Shown in pieces: positions 49,828 through 58,679 of a DNA stretch of 64,000 nucleotides. Where the stretch lies: positions 51,831-115,830 of the IMG/VR virus record IMGVR_UViG_3300032323_000716, one strand, 5' to 3'. The position numbers were made by a program, and so were the translations under genes. This DNA is from a virus. Numbering within the stretch: position 1 is the stretch's first letter; each line of letters starts with the position of its first letter. The notes under the pieces were generated by a model that worked only from the letters and a program-made list of their open reading frames with translations, did not search any database and had not been told where the DNA came from.

Positions 49828-50063
49828 TAGTCTATGACCTTTACCACTTGATAGCCATAGATCTTCAACTTGCGGATTGCAGCCTGAATCTCTTGATGTG
49901 TGTCGTTGAGGTCATCTAAGCAGTTTTTAACTTCTTTCAAGTTGTCTGCTGTGCAGGTCTGACCTGAGTAGATATGACGGCACTCGTAGTAGCGGTCATC
50001 ATCATCTTGAATCAGTTGGTATGTGCCAAATGTCTTATAGACCGCGATTTCGCCTGCTTTCAT
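49827..50063 (-). CDS. hypothetical protein
   Basis: AAGGAGCGAACT RBS. Confidence 0.6.
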   Translation of the reverse strand: MKAGEIAVYKTFGTYQLIQDDDDRYYECRHIYSGQTCTADNLKEVKNCLDDLNDTHQEIQAAIRKLKIYGYQVVKVID

Positions 50064-50134
50064 AGTTCGCTCCTTTGTTGCTGGTGTAAATGTATTATAC
50101 GGTCTTTTGGATAGCCCGTCAACCCTTAGGGTCT

Positions 50135-50524
50135 TTATACGTTGTTTTTCTGCAACAGTCTGCTGCCGTTATCTTCGGAGATGATTAGGCGAACATTTGT
50201 AAGGTTTTCTTTGAGTCTGTCAATCAGTTGATCACGATCAATTCCCTGACCTAGGAACTGATTGTTGTCCAATCTGTAGGCATAGAGCATGCCGTGGACT
50301 TCTTCGATCTTGATCTCCATGGGAGTCAACGTGGATTCCTCAGCAGCATTCTGTGGATTCTCAGTGGTTAGATCGATGTCGTTATCGCGGGCTAACTTGC
50401 GCAGTTGCTGTTCCGTGACGCCCAAATCACGTAGGATCTCTCTGAAACTCAGGGCCATCCATGCTCGGCTCACGGCGGAACCTAACCAACAACCTACTAT
50501 GAATGCTATAATTAGTTCTATCAT
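50135..50524 (-). CDS. membrane-anchored hypothetical protein
   Basis: N-term hydrophobic helix; TATAAATA-N5-ATG. Confidence 0.6.
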   Translation of the reverse strand: MIELIIAFIVGCWLGSAVSRAWMALSFREILRDLGVTEQQLRKLARDNDIDLTTENPQNAAEESTLTPMEIKIEEVHGMLYAYRLDNNQFLGQGIDRDQLIDRLKENLTNVRLIISEDNGSRLLQKNNV

Positions 50525-50546
50525 ATGAATATTTATAGGTAGGGTT

Positions 50547-50580
50547 AAAAAAGAGGGTGTGGCTGTTATACCACACCCCC
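50547..50580 (-). terminator. rho-independent terminator containing TGT-N12-ACA palindrome
   Basis: GGGTGTGG...CCACACCC followed by T-run on minus strand. Confidence 0.75.
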
Positions 50581-50584
50581 AATG

Positions 50585-50618
50585 TACCCAGAACCAGGAG
50601 CGAACTGTTTACTGGGTA
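50585..50618 (-). ncRNA. candidate anti-RBS hairpin RNA 1
   Basis: Stem TACCCAG/CTGGGTA with apical AGTTCGCTCCTG, complementary to early-gene RBS. Confidence 0.5.
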
Positions 50619-50920
50619 ACTGCTGCTGCTGCCTTCGCGACAGTGGCTTTTGTTGCCTGCGGCTTGGCCACAGGATTCTTCTTGGCTACGTAAGTGATCG
50701 CGTCTGCGACTGCCTTACGGCCTTTTGCGAAATCAGTCTCAGTCAAATGCTGCGCGATTTCGCCTTTGGTCATCTCGCGGGGAAGATCCGCCAACTCGAT
50801 GTCTGTGTGGCCGTTCTTGGCCAAGATCTTGATGCGCATCACATCATTGGCAAAACGAATCTTAGTCTTACCATCTAGTGTTGAAACACCTGCTACTGCA
50901 AACTTTTTATCTGTTGCCAT
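50609..50920 (-). CDS. small basic protein with Lys/Ala-rich tail (putative nucleic-acid binding)
   Basis: 103 aa, C-term AKKNPVAKPQATKATVAKAAAA; own promoter; RBS lacks GGAGCGA. Confidence 0.6.
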   Translation of the reverse strand: MATDKKFAVAGVSTLDGKTKIRFANDVMRIKILAKNGHTDIELADLPREMTKGEIAQHLTETDFAKGRKAVADAITYVAKKNPVAKPQATKATVAKAAAAVTQ

Positions 50921-51000
50921 TTTGTTACCTCTTTATGTGTGTGTAAAATAAACTACTCGAGTTACTATTATAACATCGAACTTACCAAAGCGTCAACCAT

Positions 51001-51183
51001 TCATTTACCCAAATTAGACACTTGAATGGTTACCGCTTCTTTCTCGTCTAAGGCCGCGATAAACTCATCGTCAAAGACCAGATCCTGCATGTTCATGTCG
51101 ATCATCTGTTCGACACGAGCCAAATCACTGTCGCCGTCGCTGGCGCAGATGATCTCAAATTGAAATTTAAAGATTCTGGGCAT
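51001..51183 (-). CDS. hypothetical protein
   Basis: 60-aa ORF with AAGGAG RBS. Confidence 0.5.
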   Translation of the reverse strand: MPRIFKFQFEIICASDGDSDLARVEQMIDMNMQDLVFDDEFIAALDEKEAVTIQVSNLGK

Positions 51184-51460
51184 CTTCCCAAAACTCCTTG
51201 CGTAATTGAAACATCACTAACGCTTCCTCTTTAAGGTATACAGCACTCTTTTCAGAGTCCCAAGCCCAAACAGGTTGCACTCCATCGAAGTTCTCAGGTC
51301 GAGCCAATGCTTGCTCTGCTGATGGGCCAAACTGTGTCCAAAGCCAGTTGCGGACTCGAATCCACTGTTTGATCCTGACCTGTGGACCACCGTAGAACTC
51401 AACCCTATGCGTAAAGAAGCCATAGCCGTTGTAGTTGCGGTTCAGTTTGACCACATGCAT
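51167..51460 (-). CDS. hypothetical protein
   Basis: 97 aa, W..W..FGP motif. Confidence 0.55.
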   Translation of the reverse strand: MHVVKLNRNYNGYGFFTHRVEFYGGPQVRIKQWIRVRNWLWTQFGPSAEQALARPENFDGVQPVWAWDSEKSAVYLKEEALVMFQLRKEFWEDAQNL

Positions 51461-52089
51461 TATGCTACCACCAAACCTAACTTCTTGCGTTCTTCAACGC
51501 CTTCTGTGATCCAATCTGTGAGTTCTTCATCATCTTCTTGGAACTCACGGATGCCTTCGGAGATGCAGAACATTTCATCTAGATCGCTAGGGATAGTTGC
51601 TTCTACTTCATCGGCACTCATGTCACCGATCTCGTAGTAGTCATCACTGCCCTCTTCCCAAATACCACAGTAGGCCATGCCTGACTCATAGTAATAGGCA
51701 CGAACAGTGTAGCCCTGCTCGTAGAGTTCTTGATAGACTCCCTGTGGTGGGCTCCACGCTGAATCAAACGATGCAGTCATAGTCTTACCACTATCGGAAA
51801 CATCAGCCTGACTGTCGCCACCGCAGTCCCACTTAGTGCCCCAACGGCTGACCTGATAGTCATACCAGTCCTTGGCACCGTAGAGTTCAACATTGCGTTC
51901 CATCTGTGCTTCGTGTGCATCACGCTCTGGACCCTCAGGAACAGAACCTGACACTGTTTCTGTGAGATCCTTGGGTGTAGGAATCACATGACTGCAGAAC
52001 TCACCGTTATTCAAAGCATCTGCCAAAGCACGGATCTTCGCAGGATCTTCGTGGCTTATTTCTACAAAGTTGTTGCACCAATTAGGCAT
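51460..52089 (-). CDS. DUF1281/YubB-like ferredoxin-fold protein
   Basis: MPNWCNN, WYD...WGTKWD, FDSAWSPP, YYESGM. Confidence 0.7.
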   Translation of the reverse strand: MPNWCNNFVEISHEDPAKIRALADALNNGEFCSHVIPTPKDLTETVSGSVPEGPERDAHEAQMERNVELYGAKDWYDYQVSRWGTKWDCGGDSQADVSDSGKTMTASFDSAWSPPQGVYQELYEQGYTVRAYYYESGMAYCGIWEEGSDDYYEIGDMSADEVEATIPSDLDEMFCISEGIREFQEDDEELTDWITEGVEERKKLGLVVA

Positions 52090-52098
52090 ATTCGCTCC

Positions 52099-52284
52099 TT
52101 AATCGTAGTCAGCGGAACTCAATTCAACAGCACCTTCGATCTCGCTGTATAGATCGTAGATCTTCTGGACGATGATACGCTTCTGTCCAGGACGAACGGG
52201 CAGTTCTGACACCAGTTCTTCGATCTCATCCAATTTGGTATCGATGTCCTGGATAACCATATCTAGTTCACTCATCGCACTCAT
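52099..52284 (-). CDS. acidic helical hypothetical protein
   Basis: AGGAGAGCGA RBS, own promoter. Confidence 0.55.
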   Translation of the reverse strand: MSAMSELDMVIQDIDTKLDEIEELVSELPVRPGQKRIIVQKIYDLYSEIEGAVELSSADYD

Positions 52285-52294
52285 ATCGCTCTCC

Positions 52295-52483
52295 TTAGTA
52301 GATGTTAGTATTATACAACCGTTCATCCAAATTGTCAACCAAATTCTGTTCAATCTCTGTGGCGCTTTTGCCACAGATCTGTTCCATGGTCCTTAGAATC
52401 TTTCGCTGTGCCATGGGGGTAGTTTCAGGGGATTCCAAGGCTTCTACAGCCCGTTTGATATATTGGAACTCTTCTAGGGTCAT
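52295..52483 (-). CDS. hypothetical protein
   Basis: Coupled ORF whose C-term reads through next promoter. Confidence 0.45.
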   Translation of the reverse strand: MTLEEFQYIKRAVEALESPETTPMAQRKILRTMEQICGKSATEIEQNLVDNLDERLYNTNIY

Positions 52484-52776
52484 ACCGTCACCACCTTCCA
52501 TGGATCTACTTGGTCTGAATTCTTGATCTGTTTGGCCAACAGTTCGTTCTTTTGATTCTGTGCAGTGCGTAGCAGTTGCTCACGGATCTCTGCCCTGCGA
52601 GCCTTAGGCAGTTCAGAGATAACTTCTGCCAACACTGATGAGAAATAACCACAGGCGTAAGCATAGGAACCATCGCAGTTCTCACGTGAAGCCTGCTCGA
52701 CTTCGTTAATGGCGTTGCGAGTAGACCGGCTCTCGTCTAGGTATTCGTTAAACTTCTCTTGTGCTGATTTAGGCAT
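52480..52776 (-). CDS. hypothetical protein
   Basis: AGGAGAGCGA RBS, own promoter. Confidence 0.6.
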   Translation of the reverse strand: MPKSAQEKFNEYLDESRSTRNAINEVEQASRENCDGSYAYACGYFSSVLAEVISELPKARRAEIREQLLRTAQNQKNELLAKQIKNSDQVDPWKVVTV

Positions 52777-52813
52777 TTGTCGCTCTCCTTAGTATGTGTA
52801 TATTATAGCACCA

Positions 52814-53035
52814 CTAAACCAAATTGTCAACCGATTTGTAGTCTTTAACCATACGGTACAAAGGGTCAATTTCTTCCGAGTTTTCCAATTCAAAGTCATC
52901 GGAGAGCCAATCGATCCATTCCTCGAGGACAGGGCTGGCATCCCGGACCAACTCACGTGCTTCCTCCTCGGATTCTGCTTCTACCTGAAAGGTTTCAGCC
53001 ACGATGCTGTTGCGCCAGAATGTAAACTTTTTCAT
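52814..53035 (-). CDS. acidic hypothetical protein
   Basis: VEAESEEEARE motif. Confidence 0.55.
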   Translation of the reverse strand: MKKFTFWRNSIVAETFQVEAESEEEARELVRDASPVLEEWIDWLSDDFELENSEEIDPLYRMVKDYKSVDNLV

Positions 53036-53358
53036 ACAGACTCCACGTGCTTACAAGCACCACGGAACGTGAACCCCGGGCAGGTACAGGTCTTTTCCTC
53101 TACATTAACGTAGTAGGAATTGCCCTTAGACCCCTTGACTTCCACAGTTGCATTCTTGGCTGCATTCTTTGGGGATTTAAATGCTCCGGAGTCTGCTTTC
53201 TCAAACTTTCGGCCCCTCTTATCGAATCCTTTGATTCCTGATTTGAAATAGAAAGGATCCGTGGTGCCCTGCTTGATATAGGCAATCAAAGTAGTGCCAT
53301 CCAACAGGTAAACGTGGGGAGGAAACTGTCCCCCTGTGGTCTCACGCAGTGCTTCCAT
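53032..53358 (-). CDS. SWIM zinc-finger protein
   Basis: GSKGNSYYV...CTCPGF..RGACKH. Confidence 0.75.
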   Translation of the reverse strand: MEALRETTGGQFPPHVYLLDGTTLIAYIKQGTTDPFYFKSGIKGFDKRGRKFEKADSGAFKSPKNAAKNATVEVKGSKGNSYYVNVEEKTCTCPGFTFRGACKHVESV

Positions 53359-53624
53359 CAACGGTAATCCTTCTTGTCACCAAAACGCTCGTTGTAGTCG
53401 TAGCCCGCCATGTATTCAGCGATCTCGTCTTGGGTAAGGTTCTCTACAGGCTCACCTTGGTAGGACCCCATTGGATACCAATGAGGATCGCGTCTACGAC
53501 CGTAGTATGAGTCTGCTGATCCACGATCATACAGGCCACCGTGGCGCTTACGATCGAACTGTGGGCCTTTAAGGGCACGGATCACAGCCTTTTGTTCATC
53601 TTCAGTCATTAAATGTATATACAT
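53358..53624 (-). CDS. hypothetical protein
   Basis: HGGLYDRGSADSYY, EY.AGY motifs; AGGAGCGAA RBS. Confidence 0.6.
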   Translation of the reverse strand: MYIHLMTEDEQKAVIRALKGPQFDRKRHGGLYDRGSADSYYGRRRDPHWYPMGSYQGEPVENLTQDEIAEYMAGYDYNERFGDKKDYR

Positions 53625-53633
53625 CTTCGCTCC

Positions 53634-53801
53634 TTATTTCATTGGGCCGTTAAACAATCCACCTAGCGAACCAAAGGCAAACTTCCACTCTAGTTCACGG
53701 CGTTCTTCTGCAGTTGCGTTGGGGAACTCTTTACGCACAAAGTTCTGGATGTCTTTGAGGATAAGTCCTGCTACGTCTTTTGCTGGAATAATTGATGCCA
53801 T
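53634..53801 (-). CDS. hypothetical protein
   Basis: Start ATG53801 after AGGAGCGAAC. Confidence 0.55.
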   Translation of the reverse strand: MASIIPAKDVAGLILKDIQNFVRKEFPNATAEERRELEWKFAFGSLGGLFNGPMK

Positions 53802-53872
53802 TTGTTCGCTCCTTCTATTCACTATACCTATAGTATAACACCGAAAGTCCAAACTGTCAACCAAAAACTGCC

Positions 53873-54052
53873 TTAGCAGTCCGGGTCAAAACTAGCCCAC
53901 TCCTCTTGCTCCGTAGGCTGCCCGTCATCTGCATCAGCAGCCTCTGCTTCCAAACAGTAAACAACCTCTAGGATTTGGTTGCCCAAATAGTTCTTACCAG
54001 CAGCAAACAACACATCCGCTACCGCTTCCAACTGTTCAATTTCCTGTTGCAT
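53873..54052 (-). CDS. acidic hypothetical protein
   Basis: Start ATG54052; C-term DGQPTEQEEWASFDPDC. Confidence 0.55.
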   Translation of the reverse strand: MQQEIEQLEAVADVLFAAGKNYLGNQILEVVYCLEAEAADADDGQPTEQEEWASFDPDC

Positions 54053-54140
54053 AATTAACTCCTTATCGTTTACTATACCTATAGTATAACGCCAGTTGTC
54101 CAAAATGTCAACCAAAATAAAAGCCCTTTCGGGCTTAGGG

Positions 54141-54488
54141 TTAATCCAATCTTGATCCTGCGTAGGCTTCGAAGCCATACCTCTTGAACACCGCAGCAGC
54201 CGCAGCAGCCCCGGCCTCGAGTGTGTCCACGTTCTGGCAGCCGAATCCGCTGGGGTTATACATCTGCAGGCCGCCTGTGTATGAAGGACGAATATTGCAC
54301 TCTTTCAGTGCGCGGCCAATCTTTGTGTTACCTTTGACACCGTAGATGTTCACCCAGGCAAAGCCGCAGGCGAATTGATCCTTACCACCCAGGCGCATAT
54401 GGAAATACTCTGCTGCCGCAGCATACGCAGCAGTCTTGGCTTCGTTGACAATTGCTGGGATCTGCTCAGGGGTTGCTGTGATAGTCAT
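54141..54488 (-). CDS. hypothetical protein
   Basis: CGFAWV and C-term SRLD motifs; AGGAGCGAA RBS. Confidence 0.6.
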   Translation of the reverse strand: MTITATPEQIPAIVNEAKTAAYAAAAEYFHMRLGGKDQFACGFAWVNIYGVKGNTKIGRALKECNIRPSYTGGLQMYNPSGFGCQNVDTLEAGAAAAAAVFKRYGFEAYAGSRLD

Positions 54489-54566
54489 CTTTCGCTCCTT
54501 TGTGTTAAACAATACCCATAGTATAGCACCATGGGTATCAAATGTCAACCAAAATGTAGAAAGACC

Positions 54567-54893
54567 CTAGTGGCGTCTGGGTTGCTTTAGCAGTTCCGCT
54601 TCTTTACGCAGTCTGCCGGCCTGTTTATACATCTCGTCGGCACTCCTGCGCAGTTCTTCGGCCCGAGCCTGGCTGAGACTGGTCCCACCGAACTCACGTG
54701 AAATGTAGTAGTCAACGAGACGGTTCTTGATCATAGTAGGCAGATTGTCGCCGTGATCTTCAGGTACGATAAAGCGAACAGGGCAATGACCCCATCCGCC
54801 TTTTTCTATGTATTCTGCATAATAGCGTCTATGATCCTTGTTAGTTGGATCAAACGCCACTAAAGGACGCATTAGATATTCTAATCTGCTCAT
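54567..54893 (-). CDS. hypothetical protein
   Basis: FDPTNKDHR, WG.CPVRF; TATAAATA-N6-ATG. Confidence 0.6.
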   Translation of the reverse strand: MSRLEYLMRPLVAFDPTNKDHRRYYAEYIEKGGWGHCPVRFIVPEDHGDNLPTMIKNRLVDYYISREFGGTSLSQARAEELRRSADEMYKQAGRLRKEAELLKQPRRH

Positions 54894-54894
54894 G

Positions 54895-55068
54895 TCAACT
54901 ATTTATAGTGTTAAATGGGTCACAGTCCATGACATAGCAGGCCTCGGGCTGATCACTGACTACTTCTTTAATAGTCTCTTTGATATCCTGCCAGTCTGCG
55001 TCTTCGTCCATGAGCACACCGTCTTCGTCATAGAAAGGATCTTCAAACAACATTCCGAATCCACTCAT
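54895..55068 (-). CDS. small acidic protein (57 aa)
   Basis: Manual translation MSGFGMLFEDPFYDEDG...DPFNTINS; coupled to upstream ORF. Confidence 0.45.
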   Translation of the reverse strand: MSGFGMLFEDPFYDEDGVLMDEDADWQDIKETIKEVVSDQPEACYVMDCDPFNTINS

Positions 55069-55190
55069 TTAACGGTCTCCTTCATGACTTCTTGGGTTTT
55101 ACCTACGGCCTTATCAATGGCGTTTGCTACTCCGGTAACGCCTACAGTGGCCACGAACATACCTGCTACGAATGCAAGAAGAACTTTCAT
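55065..55190 (-). CDS. small membrane/secreted peptide (41 aa)
   Basis: MKVLLAFVAGMFVATVGV...; AGGAGCGA RBS. Confidence 0.55.
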   Translation of the reverse strand: MKVLLAFVAGMFVATVGVTGVANAIDKAVGKTQEVMKETVK

Positions 55191-55200
55191 ATATCGCTCC

Positions 55201-55293
55201 TTAACCTACAAAGATCCAATAAGAACCTACAGCCACCGCATAGACAGCGACAGCGTAGCCCAGTTGCTTTACATCTTCTAACAGCCAATCCAT
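55201..55293 (-). CDS. small membrane peptide (30 aa)
   Basis: MDLAVRRCKQLGYAVAVYAVAVGSYWIFVG; AGGAGCG RBS, own promoter. Confidence 0.45.
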   Translation of the reverse strand: MDWLLEDVKQLGYAVAVYAVAVGSYWIFVG

Positions 55294-55402
55294 ATACCGC
55301 TCCTTCCTTACCATATGTATATTATACGATCAATCTACCCAGTTGTCAACCGCCTCTTAGCAGCGGGGTCAGTGGCTAAAAAGCCACACCCGCCGGCACT
55401 CG

Positions 55403-56596
55403 TCAAGCGGACTCTGTTTCCTTCTCGTAGATCACAGTCTGACCAAAGGGTGCTTCTGCTTGTGTATTACCCTTGACGATAAAGATTGTATCGCAGTAGT
55501 CCTCGTTGCCCCAACCACCACAAGGGTAGCCGTCTGTGAACATAATGAACTTCTTAGGCTGGATACCGTTCTCTTCCATGAATGTCCAGTTGACTTCGAA
55601 GTCTGTGCCACCACCGCCCATAGGTTCGTAGTTAAGCAGGTCCTCACTGTTGTCGTGTGTGATTCTTTGGAAGTTATAGATCTCTGTGTCAAAGCACCAT
55701 AGGCTAATAGCAAAGTCCTCGTACTGGTCCATGATGCCCTTGATCTCTGAAAGAAATACAGTTGCATCCTCTTCACCAATAGAACCTGACATATCAATAG
55801 AAACGGCCACGTCAATAGTAGTTGCTTCTTTCATGCCCGGAAGGATTGCGCCACTGTGCATACTCTTACGGTTAGGGCGTGTAAAGGAGTAGTCGTTGCG
55901 GATGATGCTTTGGATCTCTTGACGAACAAGAGTGCGCCAGTCCATCTTAGGCTCAGTCAATGACTTGATCATACGCATAATGCCTGCGGGAGTCTTACCT
56001 GCACCAGCGGCCGCGGCACTCTGGATCATAGCCTGCTTGATCTCATCACGGATCTTCTGTGCTTCCTCTTTGCTCATAGTGGGCTTCTTGCCATCACCCT
56101 CTTCACCAGGAGCACCCTCTTTGATATGCTCGTCCAGCAGTTCACCGATCTGCTTGAGCAGTTCAGGCATACTGATCTTCTCTGCTTTCTCATAGAGATC
56201 ATCGTAGATCTCTTCCCAGGCCATACCACGGTATTTGCTGTCTAAGCAGATCTTAACTTCAGTGATCTTCTCACCAATACGCTCATCTACGAGGATCTGG
56301 TTGACTGCAAAGTCCTGTGCGATATTAGACAGTTGACGATCACGGCTACCAACACGACCGAAGTGATCTAGGATACAGTGGAGGATTTCGTGTGCGAACA
56401 AGAACTCTAGTTTCTTAACGCTGAGTTTCTCTACGAATTTTGTAGAATAATAAAAGTCACGGCCGTTAGTTGCGGCGGTTGGGCACCAGTCATCTGCTCT
56501 GACCAGTTTCATACGAGTTGCCATGTTGCCGAAGAACGGCGCCTTGAGCAGTAGGCCTACTCGTGCAGTTGTTAGTTTCTCTACGATTGGATCCAT
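55403..56596 (-). CDS. metallopeptidase-like + vWA domain protein (DUF2201-type)
   Basis: TAATNG, HEILH zincin motif, DMSGS MIDAS, GGGTDF, FTDG. Confidence 0.85.
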   Translation of the reverse strand: MDPIVEKLTTARVGLLLKAPFFGNMATRMKLVRADDWCPTAATNGRDFYYSTKFVEKLSVKKLEFLFAHEILHCILDHFGRVGSRDRQLSNIAQDFAVNQILVDERIGEKITEVKICLDSKYRGMAWEEIYDDLYEKAEKISMPELLKQIGELLDEHIKEGAPGEEGDGKKPTMSKEEAQKIRDEIKQAMIQSAAAAGAGKTPAGIMRMIKSLTEPKMDWRTLVRQEIQSIIRNDYSFTRPNRKSMHSGAILPGMKEATTIDVAVSIDMSGSIGEEDATVFLSEIKGIMDQYEDFAISLWCFDTEIYNFQRITHDNSEDLLNYEPMGGGGTDFEVNWTFMEENGIQPKKFIMFTDGYPCGGWGNEDYCDTIFIVKGNTQAEAPFGQTVIYEKETESA

Positions 56597-56652
56597 TAGT
56601 CGCTCTCCTTACTATGTATATATTATAGCACCTTCAGGCACCCTTGTCAACC

Positions 56653-56687
56653 AAAAAAAAAGGGTGTTGCGTTTCCACAACACCCCC
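56653..56687 (-). terminator. rho-independent terminator containing TGT-N12-ACA palindrome
   Basis: GGGTGTTG...CAACACCC plus T9 on minus strand. Confidence 0.8.
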
Positions 56688-56703
56688 TGCTATGGGCGAG
56701 GTC

Positions 56704-57789
56704 TTAATTCTCCATAGCACTGAGAACATACTTGCCGAACCGCTTGTGGAACTCGTCGAACGAGTCCATCTTAGTTGCATCCAACGGCAAGTTGTAATTA
56801 GTAAGGGCAGTCTTGGCACCCATCACTACCAACTCTGTTGGGAAGTTCTGCATCATATACTGGAAGAAGCGATCAGCCATTGCATCCCAACCTTTGACCT
56901 TCTTCTCTGCACGATCCTTCAACTCATAGCAAAGGCTAACTGTCAAAGAATACATCGCAGACACTTCCTTGATCTGCAGGTCCTTGACCTTACCATCGAG
57001 GATGTCATCTGCCTTAGGCAGTTTACCAGCGATCTTACGGTGAGCCATGAACTTATTGCCCAAGCCATCACCAACGGCACCCGCGATCAAGTTCTGCAGG
57101 GTATCGTTATCAACATCGTCGTCAGTGAGCAGATCACTGACAAAGCACCATGAACGAGGAGTTGCAAACGCCTTAGACGCTGACTTAGGATCAAAGTCGT
57201 AGAGGTCTTGCTTGGCAAAGCCTACATAACCTACAACCTCAGGGTGGATCTTGTTGAGCGTAGCCCAATCTTGCCAGTCATCAAAGTCCACTTTCATTTC
57301 CAAGTGAACGAAGCGGTTAGCCAACGGAGCAGGCATACGATAGGTAACACCACGGTCACCTTCACGGTTACCAGCGGCGACCACGTCAACGCCCTTAGGC
57401 AATACATAGGTGCCTACTCGACGGTTAAGGATCAACTGATAGGCCGCGGCCTGAACAGCCGGAGGAGCAGAGTTCAACTCATCCAAGAAGATGATAGCAG
57501 TAGACTCTGGGTCCATAGGCAGTTCGCTTGGGGGAGCCCAAACCATCTTGCCCTGCTCTGAGTTGTAATAAGGGATACCTTTAATGTCAGTAGGTTCCCA
57601 AAGGGCTAGGCGAACGTCAATGACTTCGCGACCTGCGTCATCACCGATCTGCTTGACGAGATCGGATTTACCAATGCCTGGAGGGCCCCACAAGAATGCA
57701 GGACGGCGAACTGCCAGGGCTTTACGGATTGCCTTTTTGGCTGACTTAGGGCCAACTTGGCGGACGGAAATATCAGTGCTCTTGCTCAT
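56704..57789 (-). CDS. MoxR-like AAA+ ATPase
   Basis: GPPGIGKS, FLDELN, AAGN, PLANRF, TPRSW. Confidence 0.9.
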   Translation of the reverse strand: MSKSTDISVRQVGPKSAKKAIRKALAVRRPAFLWGPPGIGKSDLVKQIGDDAGREVIDVRLALWEPTDIKGIPYYNSEQGKMVWAPPSELPMDPESTAIIFLDELNSAPPAVQAAAYQLILNRRVGTYVLPKGVDVVAAGNREGDRGVTYRMPAPLANRFVHLEMKVDFDDWQDWATLNKIHPEVVGYVGFAKQDLYDFDPKSASKAFATPRSWCFVSDLLTDDDVDNDTLQNLIAGAVGDGLGNKFMAHRKIAGKLPKADDILDGKVKDLQIKEVSAMYSLTVSLCYELKDRAEKKVKGWDAMADRFFQYMMQNFPTELVVMGAKTALTNYNLPLDATKMDSFDEFHKRFGKYVLSAMEN

Positions 57790-57865
57790 TAAGACCTCGC
57801 TTTAAAAAATTAAACTAACTATCAATCTCTCAGTGTTAATAGTATAACACCAACCGGTTCATTTG

Positions 57866-58501
57866 TCAACCGATGATTTTCACAAAATTTAACTGTGTTG
57901 TTTTATTGCCACGTTGTTGCTTGACCTTGCCCTTGATACGGACTGTGCCTTCTAGGGCGGAACTGAACCAGAAATCAATGATGCTTTCTCCCATACGGGC
58001 ATCGATCTTGTGCTTTTGATACTCGTTGCTGAATCGTGTGCGGATCACTTGGATTTCGCCTACGATCACATCCCCAGGCTGCCCCTGCAGTTGCTCTGAA
58101 GTGAAGATCTCACGTTTGAGTTCAGTCTGTGCTTGATCGCGTCTGGCCACATCAGGCAAGCAGCCTATCACAGCAAAGTCGTACATATCCTTGCCAGTGA
58201 ACTCTTCTTTGGTAGCGATACGCATAGCAGTCTGCTGGAACTCGTTGAGTTGTCCTGAGATAGCCTTAAAGGTATAGGTTTTGAAATGATCCCGGGCGCA
58301 GCGTCCTGCAGCGATATCTGATTCTGTGGCGATGTTTAGGGTACCTTCACGCAGCCATGTCTTGATCATGACTTTGTTAGGACGCTTTATGGGATTCTTT
58401 TGATCCACTTCGAAGTTCCAAACATCTTCCTTGATGTAGCCACCGTTGATACGATCGGCTGCAACAGCCAGGCCCCATACTTGATCTGCAGTGAAGTTCA
58501 T
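57866..58501 (-). CDS. hypothetical protein (possible C-terminal OB fold)
   Basis: Start ATG58501 after AGGAGCGAAC; IKGKVK...TQLNFVK C-term. Confidence 0.55.
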   Translation of the reverse strand: MNFTADQVWGLAVAADRINGGYIKEDVWNFEVDQKNPIKRPNKVMIKTWLREGTLNIATESDIAAGRCARDHFKTYTFKAISGQLNEFQQTAMRIATKEEFTGKDMYDFAVIGCLPDVARRDQAQTELKREIFTSEQLQGQPGDVIVGEIQVIRTRFSNEYQKHKIDARMGESIIDFWFSSALEGTVRIKGKVKQQRGNKTTQLNFVKIIG

Positions 58502-58599
58502 TGTTCGCTCCTTCATAATGTACTTATTATACGATCTCTAGCCCAATCTGTCAACCGGAGGAGTGCCGGCGGGTGTGGCGAAAATACAACACTAGGACC

Positions 58600-58630
58600 A
58601 AAAAGAAAGGCCGCATATAGCGACCTTTCT
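58600..58630 (-). terminator. rho-independent terminator
   Basis: AGAAAGGTCGC-TATAT-GCGGCCTTTCT-TTTT on minus strand. Confidence 0.75.
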
Positions 58631-58668
58631 CAAACTCCGCCCCGGGAGCGAATCGGCTTGGAATTTGA
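58630..58668 (-). ncRNA. candidate anti-RBS hairpin RNA 2
   Basis: Stem TCAAATTCC/GGAGTTTGA, inner CCG/CGG, loop ATTCGCTCC complementary to early-gene RBS. Confidence 0.5.
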
Positions 58669-58679
58669 AGGGGGTTTAC

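Larger units (their letters stand above)
55383..58579. repeat. perfect 19-bp inverted repeat pair (55383-55401 / 58561-58579)
   Basis: GCCACACCCGCCGGCACTC and its reverse complement GAGTGCCGGCGGGTGTGGC. Confidence 0.9.
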
